A stretch of DNA of 31,595 nt from Candidatus Ratteibacteria bacterium (GCA_049971295.1 JBMFLH010000010.1:1-31595); one strand, 5' to 3'; shown: positions 17,362-25,831, counted from the first letter of the stretch. The notes: generated by a model from the letters alone, not told the origin. Translations and numbers: made by a program.

Positions 17362-19175
17362 GCAGAGAATGGATGCTATTTTTACCGATTATACTGCCGA
17401 TTGCATCAGGAATCATTTGTTTTTGTATCCCTGACTCCCTGAAAAAAGTGAGAAATGCCATTGCGCTTTTAAGTTGCATTGCCTTAATATGGATTGCCTC
17501 ACTTATCGTTAGAGCAGGAGACCTTGGCTATATTTCTCACTGGTTTATTTCAACGATAAACTTTTTCTTAAAATCTGGTTCACTCAGCAAATTCATTGTG
17601 CTTTGGATTTCAATTTTCAGTTTCCTCATCATGTTTTATATTACTGAAAAAATGGCTTCTGAACGGGTGCGAGAATTTATAACATATTTATTGATAACAA
17701 CAGGATTTGCATGTGGAGCAGTTCTGGCAAATTCATTTGTTTTACTTTTATTTTTCTGGGAAGGGCTGCTGATTACTTTATATCTTTTTATATTGCTTGG
17801 CGGAGAAAATTCATTCAGAACCGCAATTAAAGCACTTGTTCTTGTCGGACTTTGTGATTTTTGTATTATTCTCGGGATTGCGATTTATTGGAAAATTACA
17901 GGGTCTTTCAATTTTCCGGACAAGCCGCTTACTATCAACGGTTTGGCAACTATCAGTTTTATTTTGATGGTTACCGGTGCAACAGGGAAGGCAGGATCTC
18001 TGCCTTTTCATACCTGGATTCCTGACGCTGCGATTGATGCGCCTACTGGTTTTATGGCTTTTCTTCCTAGTGCACTTGAAAAACTTCTCGGGATTTACCT
18101 TTTAACAAGAATCTGTTTTGATTTCTTTTCCATTAAACCAGGAAGTTCTGCGTCTATTGGATTGATGACACTTGGTGCAATTACGATTGTTGTTGCAGTG
18201 AGTATGGCATTGATACAGAAAAATGTTAAACGACTTCTTTCATATCATGCAATCAGCCAGGTTGGATATATGATTGTTGGCATAGGAACAGGTATTCCTG
18301 CTGGTATTGCTGGTGGCATTTTTCACATGCTTAATCATGCTATTTACAAGTCGGCATTGTTTCTCGGCGCAGGTTCTGTTGAGCATAGAACAAAAACAAC
18401 AGACCTCGGTTTACTTGGAGGTTTGTACAGCCAGATGCCTGTGACTGGCGTTTGTTTTATAATATGCGCTGCAGCAATTTCAGGAATATGGCCCCTTAAC
18501 GGATATTTTTCAAAGGAAATGGTTATTGATGGCGCTCTTGAAACAGGATATAAAATTTTTGCAGTTGCCTGCTGGATTGGTGCAATTTTAACCTTTGCAT
18601 CCTTCTTAAAAGCAAGTCATTCAATGTTCTTTGGAGAAAAGAGGCAGGAATTCCATGATATTAAAGAAAACAATACTTTCATTGTCATGCCAATAATTGT
18701 ACTGACATTCCTATGTGTATTTTTTGGATTATTCAGTCGAATCCCTCTTGGTGTGATTTATAATTATGTCCCCACGTCCACGCATCATTTTAATCCAATA
18801 TCCCCGATTTCTGTACTGTGCTGGATTGCTGCAATTTTGCTGCACAGATATGGCTGGATTAAAAGTGGTAAAAAACCGTATCTGGCATCAGAAGTTGTTC
18901 ATAATCTTCCATTGATAAAAAATATCTACGAACTTGCTGAAAAGAAAATTTTTGATGTTTATGAACAGGGAATGAAACTTATTAGAACTATGGCGTTGGC
19001 ATTGTACTATGGCTTTGATAGAACTGCTGACTGGTTGTACGAGAAATTTGTGGTGATTTCTGGTATCAAGATTATTAACTCATTGCGCTCTGTGCATAAG
19101 GGATTTCTTTTTAGCTATATCGGCTGGATACTCCTGGGAGTTGTTATGATTTTAATTTTCGCGATGGCTTTTTAG
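17358..19175 (+). CDS. Antiporter-like subunit 2 (NuoL/HyfB-like, with C-terminal amphipathic extension and terminal TM helix)
   Basis: FFWEG, GKAGSLPFHTWIPDA, KRLLSYHAISQVGY, NHAIYKSALFL, GYFSKE; C-terminal FDRTADWLYE...LRSVHKGFLFSYIGWILLG. Confidence 0.88.
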   Translation: MSREWMLFLPIILPIASGIICFCIPDSLKKVRNAIALLSCIALIWIASLIVRAGDLGYISHWFISTINFFLKSGSLSKFIVLWISIFSFLIMFYITEKMASERVREFITYLLITTGFACGAVLANSFVLLLFFWEGLLITLYLFILLGGENSFRTAIKALVLVGLCDFCIILGIAIYWKITGSFNFPDKPLTINGLATISFILMVTGATGKAGSLPFHTWIPDAAIDAPTGFMAFLPSALEKLLGIYLLTRICFDFFSIKPGSSASIGLMTLGAITIVVAVSMALIQKNVKRLLSYHAISQVGYMIVGIGTGIPAGIAGGIFHMLNHAIYKSALFLGAGSVEHRTKTTDLGLLGGLYSQMPVTGVCFIICAAAISGIWPLNGYFSKEMVIDGALETGYKIFAVACWIGAILTFASFLKASHSMFFGEKRQEFHDIKENNTFIVMPIIVLTFLCVFFGLFSRIPLGVIYNYVPTSTHHFNPISPISVLCWIAAILLHRYGWIKSGKKPYLASEVVHNLPLIKNIYELAEKKIFDVYEQGMKLIRTMALALYYGFDRTADWLYEKFVVISGIKIINSLRSVHKGFLFSYIGWILLGVVMILIFAMAF

Positions 19176-19184
19176 GAGCAGAAT

Positions 19185-20660
19185 ATGTTTTTATTTATTT
19201 TTATTGCTGTGCCTGCAGTGGTGGCAGGATTTTTGCCGCTTTTGTCAAGAATGTCAAGAAAATTTTTGCCTGATTTTCTGACAAACCTTTGTTTTGTGAC
19301 CTTGCTGGTGGCAGTCATTACCACATCTAATCTCTGGCCGGGTGCCGGAAGGTTTTCTCATAGCCTTGCCTGGTTTGGTGCAAGTTTGAATATTTCACCA
19401 GTTCTTGATGGCCTGACGCTCTTGATGCTTTTTGTGATATCAATAATCAGTCTTGCTGTCGGTATTTTTTCAATAGAGTACATTGAAAGATACACTTCCC
19501 CTGCGATATATTATTCAATTTTACTTATTCTTGTTGCCTCAATGAATGGTATTGTTTTAAGTTCAGACCTGTTTACAATGTACATCTTTATTGAGGCAGC
19601 GGGTCTTGCTTCATATGGACTTGTCGCACTTGGTAAAACAAAACAGGCAACAGAAGGCGCATTTAAATATCTTGTTCTTTCAACTCTTGCCTCTTCTTTT
19701 ATATTGCTTGGGATTGCAGGTATTTTTATTAAAACAGGCACCACCAGCATCAATGAGATTGCATCTTTTTCCAGCGTCATTCCCAAAATGAACATTGTCT
19801 TATTTCTCGCGGGCTTTGGTTTGAAGTGCGCTTTGATTCCATTTCATTTCTGGATGCCAGACGCCTATACTGCTGCTCCTGTGGTTTTACCAGCAATGAG
19901 TTCAGGACTTTTTGTTAAGGTTGCTGGTGTATATGCTATGTGCAGGGTGTTTTTCAATGTTTCTGGTTTTAATCCAACCGTGTCTTCTGTAATGGTTTAT
20001 CTTGGTATGATTTCAATACTTCTTGGAGCACTGCTTGCTCTTGGGCAGACCAGATTAAGAAGGATGCTTGCATATTCATCAATCAGCCAGGTTGGTTATA
20101 TTATTTTGGCGATAGGGATTGGAACGCCGCTGGGAATTATCGGTGGATTGTTGCATCTGTTATATCACTCAATATTTAAGGCGCTGCTTTTTTTGAATGC
20201 GGGCTCAGTAGAATATATAACAGGAACAGATGAAAGTAATGAACTTGGTGGACTTGGCACGAACATGCCATTTACTTCAACCACAAACATAGTGGGAATA
20301 CTTTCTGCGGCAGGCGTACCACCGTTTAATGGATTCTGGAGCAAATTAATTATTGTCATTGCCCTGATTCAGGTAAAAATGTATCTTTACGCATTTATTG
20401 CAATATTTACAAGTGTTTTGACTCTCTGGTATTTGCTTTTAATTCAGAGAAGGGTGTTTTTTGGAAAAATCAAGGAATCCTTGAAGAATGTTGTAGAGAT
20501 TCCCTTCTGGATGAATTTGTCAATGACTGGACTTGCTCTGATGTGTTTATGGACTGGGTTGAGTTTTGCTCCGCTGATTATGAAATGGATATTACCTGCG
20601 GCTAATGTCCTGATAGAAGGAATTAGAACTTCTTTAAGTACGTTTATAATAAAAGGATAA
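19185..20660 (+). CDS. Antiporter-like subunit 3 (MrpD/MbhH/NuoN-like)
   Basis: DLFTMYIFIE, EGAFKYL, GLKCALIPFHFWMPDAY, RRMLAYSSISQVGY, HSIFKALLFL, PPFNGFWSKL; SD AGGAG. Confidence 0.9.
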   Translation: MFLFIFIAVPAVVAGFLPLLSRMSRKFLPDFLTNLCFVTLLVAVITTSNLWPGAGRFSHSLAWFGASLNISPVLDGLTLLMLFVISIISLAVGIFSIEYIERYTSPAIYYSILLILVASMNGIVLSSDLFTMYIFIEAAGLASYGLVALGKTKQATEGAFKYLVLSTLASSFILLGIAGIFIKTGTTSINEIASFSSVIPKMNIVLFLAGFGLKCALIPFHFWMPDAYTAAPVVLPAMSSGLFVKVAGVYAMCRVFFNVSGFNPTVSSVMVYLGMISILLGALLALGQTRLRRMLAYSSISQVGYIILAIGIGTPLGIIGGLLHLLYHSIFKALLFLNAGSVEYITGTDESNELGGLGTNMPFTSTTNIVGILSAAGVPPFNGFWSKLIIVIALIQVKMYLYAFIAIFTSVLTLWYLLLIQRRVFFGKIKESLKNVVEIPFWMNLSMTGLALMCLWTGLSFAPLIMKWILPAANVLIEGIRTSLSTFIIKG

Positions 20661-20666
20661 TGAGCG

Positions 20667-21143
20667 ATGGACATTTTATTTCTTGCGGGATTAATGTTAT
20701 TTGCGGGACTGGCAGTCTTTTTAAAAGATTTACTTAAAGCAGTGATATGTTTGATGATATCAAGTATATTTCTTGGTATCATTTTTTTCAAGCTTGGTGC
20801 TCCATATGCAGGGATATTTGAAATTTCAGTGGTGGCAGGTCTTATCATGGTACTTTTTATTTTAACAATTTCCTTAACCGGTTCTCAGGATGCAGTCGTT
20901 GAGCCAGCAAGTTTCTGGATTTTTGTTATTTTGTTTATTACAATATCTTTTGCTATGCTTTCTGGCATTGCCCACTCTGGGATAGTTCAACGATGCTTAC
21001 CTGTGTCAGTTGAAGTACATAAATTCGGAGAAGTGCTGTGGCTGGATAGGACTTTTGACATGGTCGGACAGATTAGTGTAATTTTTGCCGGCGTATTCGT
21101 TTTGCTTGCTATAGTGGGGGCTGGGAGAAGAAATGGTAAATGA
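20667..21143 (+). CDS. NuoJ-like (MbhD+MbhE-like) membrane subunit
   Basis: About five hydrophobic segments; DLLKAVI, LGAPYAGIFEISVVAG, LWLDRTFDMVGQ; position before the NuoK-like gene. Confidence 0.78.
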   Translation: MDILFLAGLMLFAGLAVFLKDLLKAVICLMISSIFLGIIFFKLGAPYAGIFEISVVAGLIMVLFILTISLTGSQDAVVEPASFWIFVILFITISFAMLSGIAHSGIVQRCLPVSVEVHKFGEVLWLDRTFDMVGQISVIFAGVFVLLAIVGAGRRNGK

Positions 21144-21450
21144 ATCATTAAGCTCAGGATGGATGTATTCTTATGCGGTTGCTGCACTATTATTTATTGG
21201 GATTTACTGTCTTGTTGCTAGAAGAAATATGCTGAGATTGTTAATTGGTCTTGAAATTATTTCAAAGTCAATATGCCTTTTGATTATTTCTGGTGCGTAT
21301 CCACAGAAAATGGTACTGGCGCAGGCGTTTGTGATAACTGTCATAGTGATTGAGGTTTGTGCAATGGCTGTGGGGCTTGCGCTTGTAATTAATGCATACA
21401 GACAATCCGGCAGTATTGATGTGCGAGAATTTTCAAATTTGAGGGGTTGA
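21133..21450 (+). CDS. NuoK-like (chain 4L) membrane subunit
   Basis: 105 aa, 3 TM; IGIYCLVARRNMLRLLIGLEI, IEVCAMAVGLALVI, C-terminal LRG. Confidence 0.85.
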   Translation: MVNESLSSGWMYSYAVAALLFIGIYCLVARRNMLRLLIGLEIISKSICLLIISGAYPQKMVLAQAFVITVIVIEVCAMAVGLALVINAYRQSGSIDVREFSNLRG

Positions 21451-21452
21451 GA

Positions 21453-21836
21453 ATGAATAAGATTGATATTTTACTTTCACCACCTCTTGCTTTTGTGATT
21501 ATTGTTGGACTGCTTACATTTCTTTATCTTATGATTGGTAAAATGGCAACGTCTTCGCGAAAGAGCAAAGAAAAAGTATCTACTTATGCATGCGGCGAGG
21601 ATATGCCTGGATTTAAGTTCCAGGTTGGTTACGGGCTATTCTTCATATTTGCATTGTTTTTTACAATCATGCATGTTACAGCGCTTGTTGTTGCAACTTT
21701 ACCTTCTGTTTCACCAGCAGTGTTTTTTGGTATTTTTTATCTGGCTACGATATTCCTTTGTGTGTTGAGCATGGTTTTTTATGATGATGGGCAGGTTTCA
21801 GAAAATCAATTAACAGAGGAAGGTACAAGTGATTGA
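21453..21836 (+). CDS. NuoA-like (chain 3) membrane subunit
   Basis: TM1, loop KVSTYACGE, two further TM segments; ATG 21453 follows SD GAGGGG (alternative TTG at 21447). Confidence 0.78.
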   Translation: MNKIDILLSPPLAFVIIVGLLTFLYLMIGKMATSSRKSKEKVSTYACGEDMPGFKFQVGYGLFFIFALFFTIMHVTALVVATLPSVSPAVFFGIFYLATIFLCVLSMVFYDDGQVSENQLTEEGTSD

Positions 21837-22260
21837 AAAATTGATTCACTGGTCAAGATTAAAGTCACCCTGGATTCTTCATCTCAATACAGGTGCCTGC
21901 AACGCGTGCGATATTGAGATTGTTGATGCACTCACGCCAAGATTTGATGTCGAAAGATTTGGAATCCTTTTGAAGGCGACGCCAAGACATGCTGATGTTA
22001 TCATATGCACCGGTCCTGCCACGAGGCAGATGAAGGATAGGATTATCAGATTATATGAACAAACTCCTGATCCAAAATTTGTTATCGCTGTTGGTGCCTG
22101 CGCAATGTCTGGCTGCGTATACAGGGGCGCTTATAATGTTCTTGGTGGCATTGACCAGGTTATTCCTGTTGATATTTATGTTCCAGGTTGTCCGCCAAGA
22201 CCTGATGCGATTATTGATGGTGTTGTGAAACTATTGAAAAAATTGGAGCAAGCAAAATGA
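21829..22260 (+). CDS. Group 4 [NiFe]-hydrogenase small subunit (NuoB/EchC/MbhJ-like)
   Basis: GACNACDIE (CxxC), DVERFG, PRHAD, AVGACA, YVPGCPPRP; GTG start with SD GAGGAAGG. Confidence 0.93.
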   Translation: MIEKLIHWSRLKSPWILHLNTGACNACDIEIVDALTPRFDVERFGILLKATPRHADVIICTGPATRQMKDRIIRLYEQTPDPKFVIAVGACAMSGCVYRGAYNVLGGIDQVIPVDIYVPGCPPRPDAIIDGVVKLLKKLEQAK

Positions 22261-22733
22261 ACCAGCAGGAATTGATTGATAAGATCAAACTTGAACTCAA
22301 GGACAGAATCATTGAAATCAATGTGCCTGCACAAAGAAGGATTTTTCTTAAAGTGTCTGCGGAGAATCTTGTGGAGACAATGAAAATACTCAGGGACCTG
22401 TTTGGTTTTTATCATCTTTCAACAATCTCAGGGGTGGATACCATTTCATCCTTTGAAATTTTGTATCACCTTGCAAACAGTAATATGGGTTGTTTAACTG
22501 TGAGGGTGTCAATAGACAGGCAAAATCCTGAAATCCCAACAATATGTGACGTGATACCAGGCGCAATTCTTTATGAAAGGGAAATTCAGGACCTTCTTGG
22601 AATCGTGGTTAAAAATATCCCTGACCCAAGACCTCTTGTTCTTCCTGATGATTGGGTGAAAGGTAATTATCCTTTAAGAAAGGACTGGAATTATCAGGCA
22701 CCTGAAGAAAAAATTCCAGGAGAAAAGAAATGA
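22257..22733 (+). CDS. NuoC-like (EchD/MbhK) 30 kDa-family subunit
   Basis: LSTISGVD, FEILYHL, YEREIQDLLGI, PDPRPLVLPDDW, YPLRKD. Confidence 0.9.
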   Translation: MNQQELIDKIKLELKDRIIEINVPAQRRIFLKVSAENLVETMKILRDLFGFYHLSTISGVDTISSFEILYHLANSNMGCLTVRVSIDRQNPEIPTICDVIPGAILYEREIQDLLGIVVKNIPDPRPLVLPDDWVKGNYPLRKDWNYQAPEEKIPGEKK

Positions 22734-23923
22734 AGAGAATTACAATTCCTATCGGACCCCAGCATCCAGCATTGAAGGAACCAATCAGTTTGAGGATGAC
22801 CATTGAAGGAGAAGTGGTTAAGGATGCTGACGTAAGGCTTGGTTATAATCATCGCGGTATTGAAAAGCTTGCTGAAAGTAAGACCTATATTCAAAATATT
22901 TATCTGATGGAAAGAATTTGCGGCATATGCTCTCATTCTCACACGACCTGTTATGTGCAGGGGGTTGAGAAACTTTGCGGGTTAGAGGTACCAAAAAGGG
23001 GATTATACATACGAATGCTTGTATGTGAGCTTGAAAGAATTCATAGCCATCTTTTATGGCTTGGAGTCGCTGCCCACGAAGCAGGTTTTGATTCATTGTT
23101 CATGTATACGTGGAGGGATAGAGAAGTTGTTATGGATTTGCTTGAAATGATTTCGGGAAACAGGGTTCACTACGCAATCAATACTATTGGCGGAGTGAGA
23201 AGAGATCTGAATGAAACACAGAAAGAGAAAATACTTGAAGGAATAAAATTTTTGAAAGAGAGAACTGAATATTACACAAATCTTGGAACAACTGAGCCAA
23301 CCTTTGTCGCAAGGATTGCTGGAGTAGGAATACTTCCCAAGGAAAAGGCAATTGCTTTGTGCGCTGTTGGTCCCACATTAAGAGCATCAGGAGTGGCTTC
23401 TGATATAAGAAAGGACGACCCCTATGCTGCTTATGATGAAATCCCTTTTGATTTATGTACATCAGATACATGCGATGTTCTGGGAAGGGTTGTGGTCAGA
23501 GTAAAAGAATTGATTGAGAGTTATAAAATAGTGGAGTTCATTATTAAAAACCTTCCGCAAGGAGAAGTTAAGGTTAAAGCTCCAAGAAAAATTCAGCCAG
23601 CAGAGGTTGTAAGTAGATATGAAGCACCAAGGGGAGAAAATATTCACTACATTAAAAGCAATGGAACAGATAAGCCAGAAAGATTAAAGGTAAGGGCGCC
23701 AACTCTTGCGAATTATCCTGCGACCGTTGAAATGTTAAAGAATTGTTTTGTAGCTGATATACCCCTGATTTTTGCTGCCATTGACCCATGTATATGCTGT
23801 GCCGAAAGATTTGTTGAACTCAATGATGTGAAAACAGGAAATTCAGCAGTTTTATCAATGACTGAAATTCGAAAAAAATATAAAAGTACTGGAACAAAGA
23901 GGAATGCTTTATGGCCGTTATAA
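22730..23923 (+). CDS. Group 4 [NiFe]-hydrogenase catalytic large subunit with C-terminal extension
   Basis: GPQHPALKEP, GYNHRGIEK, L1 ERICGICSHSH (C64/C67), ELERIHSHL, EAPRGE, L2 DPCICCAER (C354/C357) followed by 37 extra residues. Confidence 0.95.
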   Translation: MKRITIPIGPQHPALKEPISLRMTIEGEVVKDADVRLGYNHRGIEKLAESKTYIQNIYLMERICGICSHSHTTCYVQGVEKLCGLEVPKRGLYIRMLVCELERIHSHLLWLGVAAHEAGFDSLFMYTWRDREVVMDLLEMISGNRVHYAINTIGGVRRDLNETQKEKILEGIKFLKERTEYYTNLGTTEPTFVARIAGVGILPKEKAIALCAVGPTLRASGVASDIRKDDPYAAYDEIPFDLCTSDTCDVLGRVVVRVKELIESYKIVEFIIKNLPQGEVKVKAPRKIQPAEVVSRYEAPRGENIHYIKSNGTDKPERLKVRAPTLANYPATVEMLKNCFVADIPLIFAAIDPCICCAERFVELNDVKTGNSAVLSMTEIRKKYKSTGTKRNALWPL

Positions 23924-24882
23924 AAGCAATAATTTATTTACTGGTTTACCCTGGCATATTGTTTTTGTTTGTGTATTCAACATTTTGTGAGTGGTTTGAC
24001 AGGAAATTATATGCACGGCTTCAAAACAGAATTGGTCCTGCTTACACTGGACGAAGCGGGATTCTTCAACCGGTCGCTGATTTTTTGAAGTTGCTGTTTA
24101 AGGAAGATATTATTCCCGAGAAGGCAGACAGGACAATTTTTTCATCACTGCCAGTTATCGGGCTTGCAGTTGTTTTAACAGCGGGATTATATCTTCCGTT
24201 GTGGCACATCGATGTAGCAAATCCGTCATTTAATTCTTTTCAAGGTGATATCATTGTTGTACTTTATCTTTTGAGCTTGCCGACGCTGATTCTTTTTTTA
24301 GCGGGATGGCATTCAACAAATTTCTTTTCAACCCTTGGAGGTGTCAGGGTTTTAACGATGCTTTTTGGTTATGAGGTTCCTTTATTTCTTGCGGTTTTAA
24401 GTCCTGCAATCGTTGCGGATTCGTGGAGACTTGCTGAAATTGCAGATTTTTATCAAAAATTTCCATTTCTTCTTCTGTTTCAGATTATTGGCTTTTTTGT
24501 TTCAGTAGTTGCACTACAGGCGAAGCTTGAAAGAACACCATTTGATATTCCTCACGCTGAAACAGAAATTGTTGGCGGAACATTTACAGAATATTCAGGA
24601 AAAAAACTGGCATTTTTCAGGTTGATGACAGATGTAGAAATGGTTGTTGGTAGTGGTTTGATTGCATCTGTTTTTATGGCAGGTTTTTCTGGGGGCATTT
24701 TTCTCGGGTTATTAAAATTTATTCTGAAGACCCTGGTTGTTATCGCAATACTTTCTTTGATAAGGGCGGCATGCTCAAGAATCAGGGTTGACCAGATGGT
24801 AATTTTTTCCTGGAAGTATCTTGCTCCGCTTGCTGTGCTGCAACTATTGATAAGTATTGTTGTAAAGGGGATGATACAATGA
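23911..24882 (+). CDS. NuoH-like (EchB/HycD/MbhM) membrane anchor subunit
   Basis: DRKLYARLQNRIGP, LQPVADFLKLLFKE, GYEVP, RTPFDIPHAETEIVGGTFTEYSG, RIRVDQ. Confidence 0.92.
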   Translation: MAVIKAIIYLLVYPGILFLFVYSTFCEWFDRKLYARLQNRIGPAYTGRSGILQPVADFLKLLFKEDIIPEKADRTIFSSLPVIGLAVVLTAGLYLPLWHIDVANPSFNSFQGDIIVVLYLLSLPTLILFLAGWHSTNFFSTLGGVRVLTMLFGYEVPLFLAVLSPAIVADSWRLAEIADFYQKFPFLLLFQIIGFFVSVVALQAKLERTPFDIPHAETEIVGGTFTEYSGKKLAFFRLMTDVEMVVGSGLIASVFMAGFSGGIFLGLLKFILKTLVVIAILSLIRAACSRIRVDQMVIFSWKYLAPLAVLQLLISIVVKGMIQ

Positions 24883-25280
24883 AACTTAAACCAGCAGCAT
24901 TTATACCTGAACTATTAAGACATCTTTTCAAAAGACCTGCCACGATTGAATATCCATTTAAGAAATTGAAAGTTCCTGACGATTTCAGAGGTACGCCTGT
25001 TTTACAACCCCAATTATGTATTGTGTGCAGAGCGTGCGTGAGGGATTGTCCTGCATTTGCGATTGAAATAGAAACACTTTCGGAAGAGGAAAAAAAATAT
25101 AAAATGATAATTCATAATGATCGGTGCATTCATTGCGCGCAGTGCGTGGAATCCTGTCCAACAAAAGCGCTGTTTATGAATGATGAATTTGAAATTGCAA
25201 CAGACAGCCGATTGAAACTTAAAGCAGAATACATATACAGTAGACCAAAAAAATCTGCCCAGCAATCTCAAACCGGCTGA
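24879..25280 (+). CDS. NuoI-like 2x[4Fe-4S] subunit (EchF/MbhN-like)
   Basis: TIEYPF, FRG, CIVCRACVRDCP and CIHCAQCVESCP. Confidence 0.92.
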   Translation: MKLKPAAFIPELLRHLFKRPATIEYPFKKLKVPDDFRGTPVLQPQLCIVCRACVRDCPAFAIEIETLSEEEKKYKMIIHNDRCIHCAQCVESCPTKALFMNDEFEIATDSRLKLKAEYIYSRPKKSAQQSQTG

Positions 25281-25298
25281 TAATTTTTTATCATATTC

Positions 25299-25808
25299 AT
25301 GAAATTGTGGAAAAAACAACTTGCTCAGGAATTACGCAATTTTCAGAAGTTTGTTATAATGGGCATTGGTAATCCTGAATCCTCTGATGATGGTCTTGGG
25401 CCTGAAATTGCCAGTAATCTCACAGATACCATCAGAAAAAAATATGCCGATGTTGTTGTCATCAACTGTGGTCAATCACCTGAAAATTTTACTTCCTTGG
25501 TAAAAAAAGAAAAACCCTCGCATATTTTGATTATTGACTCCTGTATATCTGGTAAAAAACCTGGTTCAATTTTTCTTTTGAGGCCATTTGATATCAAAAA
25601 TACAGATGTTTCAACCCATAGATTGCCACTTTATCTTTTGTATGATTATCTTAAAAGCGAAACTGGCGCAAAAATTATCATGTTAGGTATTGAGCCTCAA
25701 TGCATAACTTCTGGAGCACTTATCAGTAATCAAGTGAGACAGGCGGTTAAAGAGGTTGTGGAATTCCTTCTGGATTTTCTAAAAGACCGATATAAAGGTA
25801 AAATATAG
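25299..25808 (+). CDS. hycI: Hydrogenase maturation endopeptidase (HycI type)
   Basis: MGIGN...DDGLG, PENF, ILIIDS, STHRLP, LGIEP; adjacent to a large subunit carrying an extension. Confidence 0.88.
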   Translation: MKLWKKQLAQELRNFQKFVIMGIGNPESSDDGLGPEIASNLTDTIRKKYADVVVINCGQSPENFTSLVKKEKPSHILIIDSCISGKKPGSIFLLRPFDIKNTDVSTHRLPLYLLYDYLKSETGAKIIMLGIEPQCITSGALISNQVRQAVKEVVEFLLDFLKDRYKGKI

Positions 25809-25831
25809 AATAAATCCGAGCGTAGACTATA

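Noticed and set aside
15925..21450. Stand-alone Mrp Na+/H+ antiporter operon
   Set aside because: No MrpE/F/G, the small subunit is NuoK-like, and the genes run directly into the hydrogenase genes.
22730..23923. [NiFeSe] hydrogenase or selenocysteine recoding
   Set aside because: All ligand positions are TGT/TGC codons; no in-frame TGA.
15925..25280. Annotation as NADH:quinone oxidoreductase (nuo) or an Ehr/Mbs complex
   Set aside because: The large subunit has both Ni-binding CxxC motifs and a cleavable tail, the small subunit has CxxC, hycI and hyp genes are adjacent, and nuoEFG is absent.
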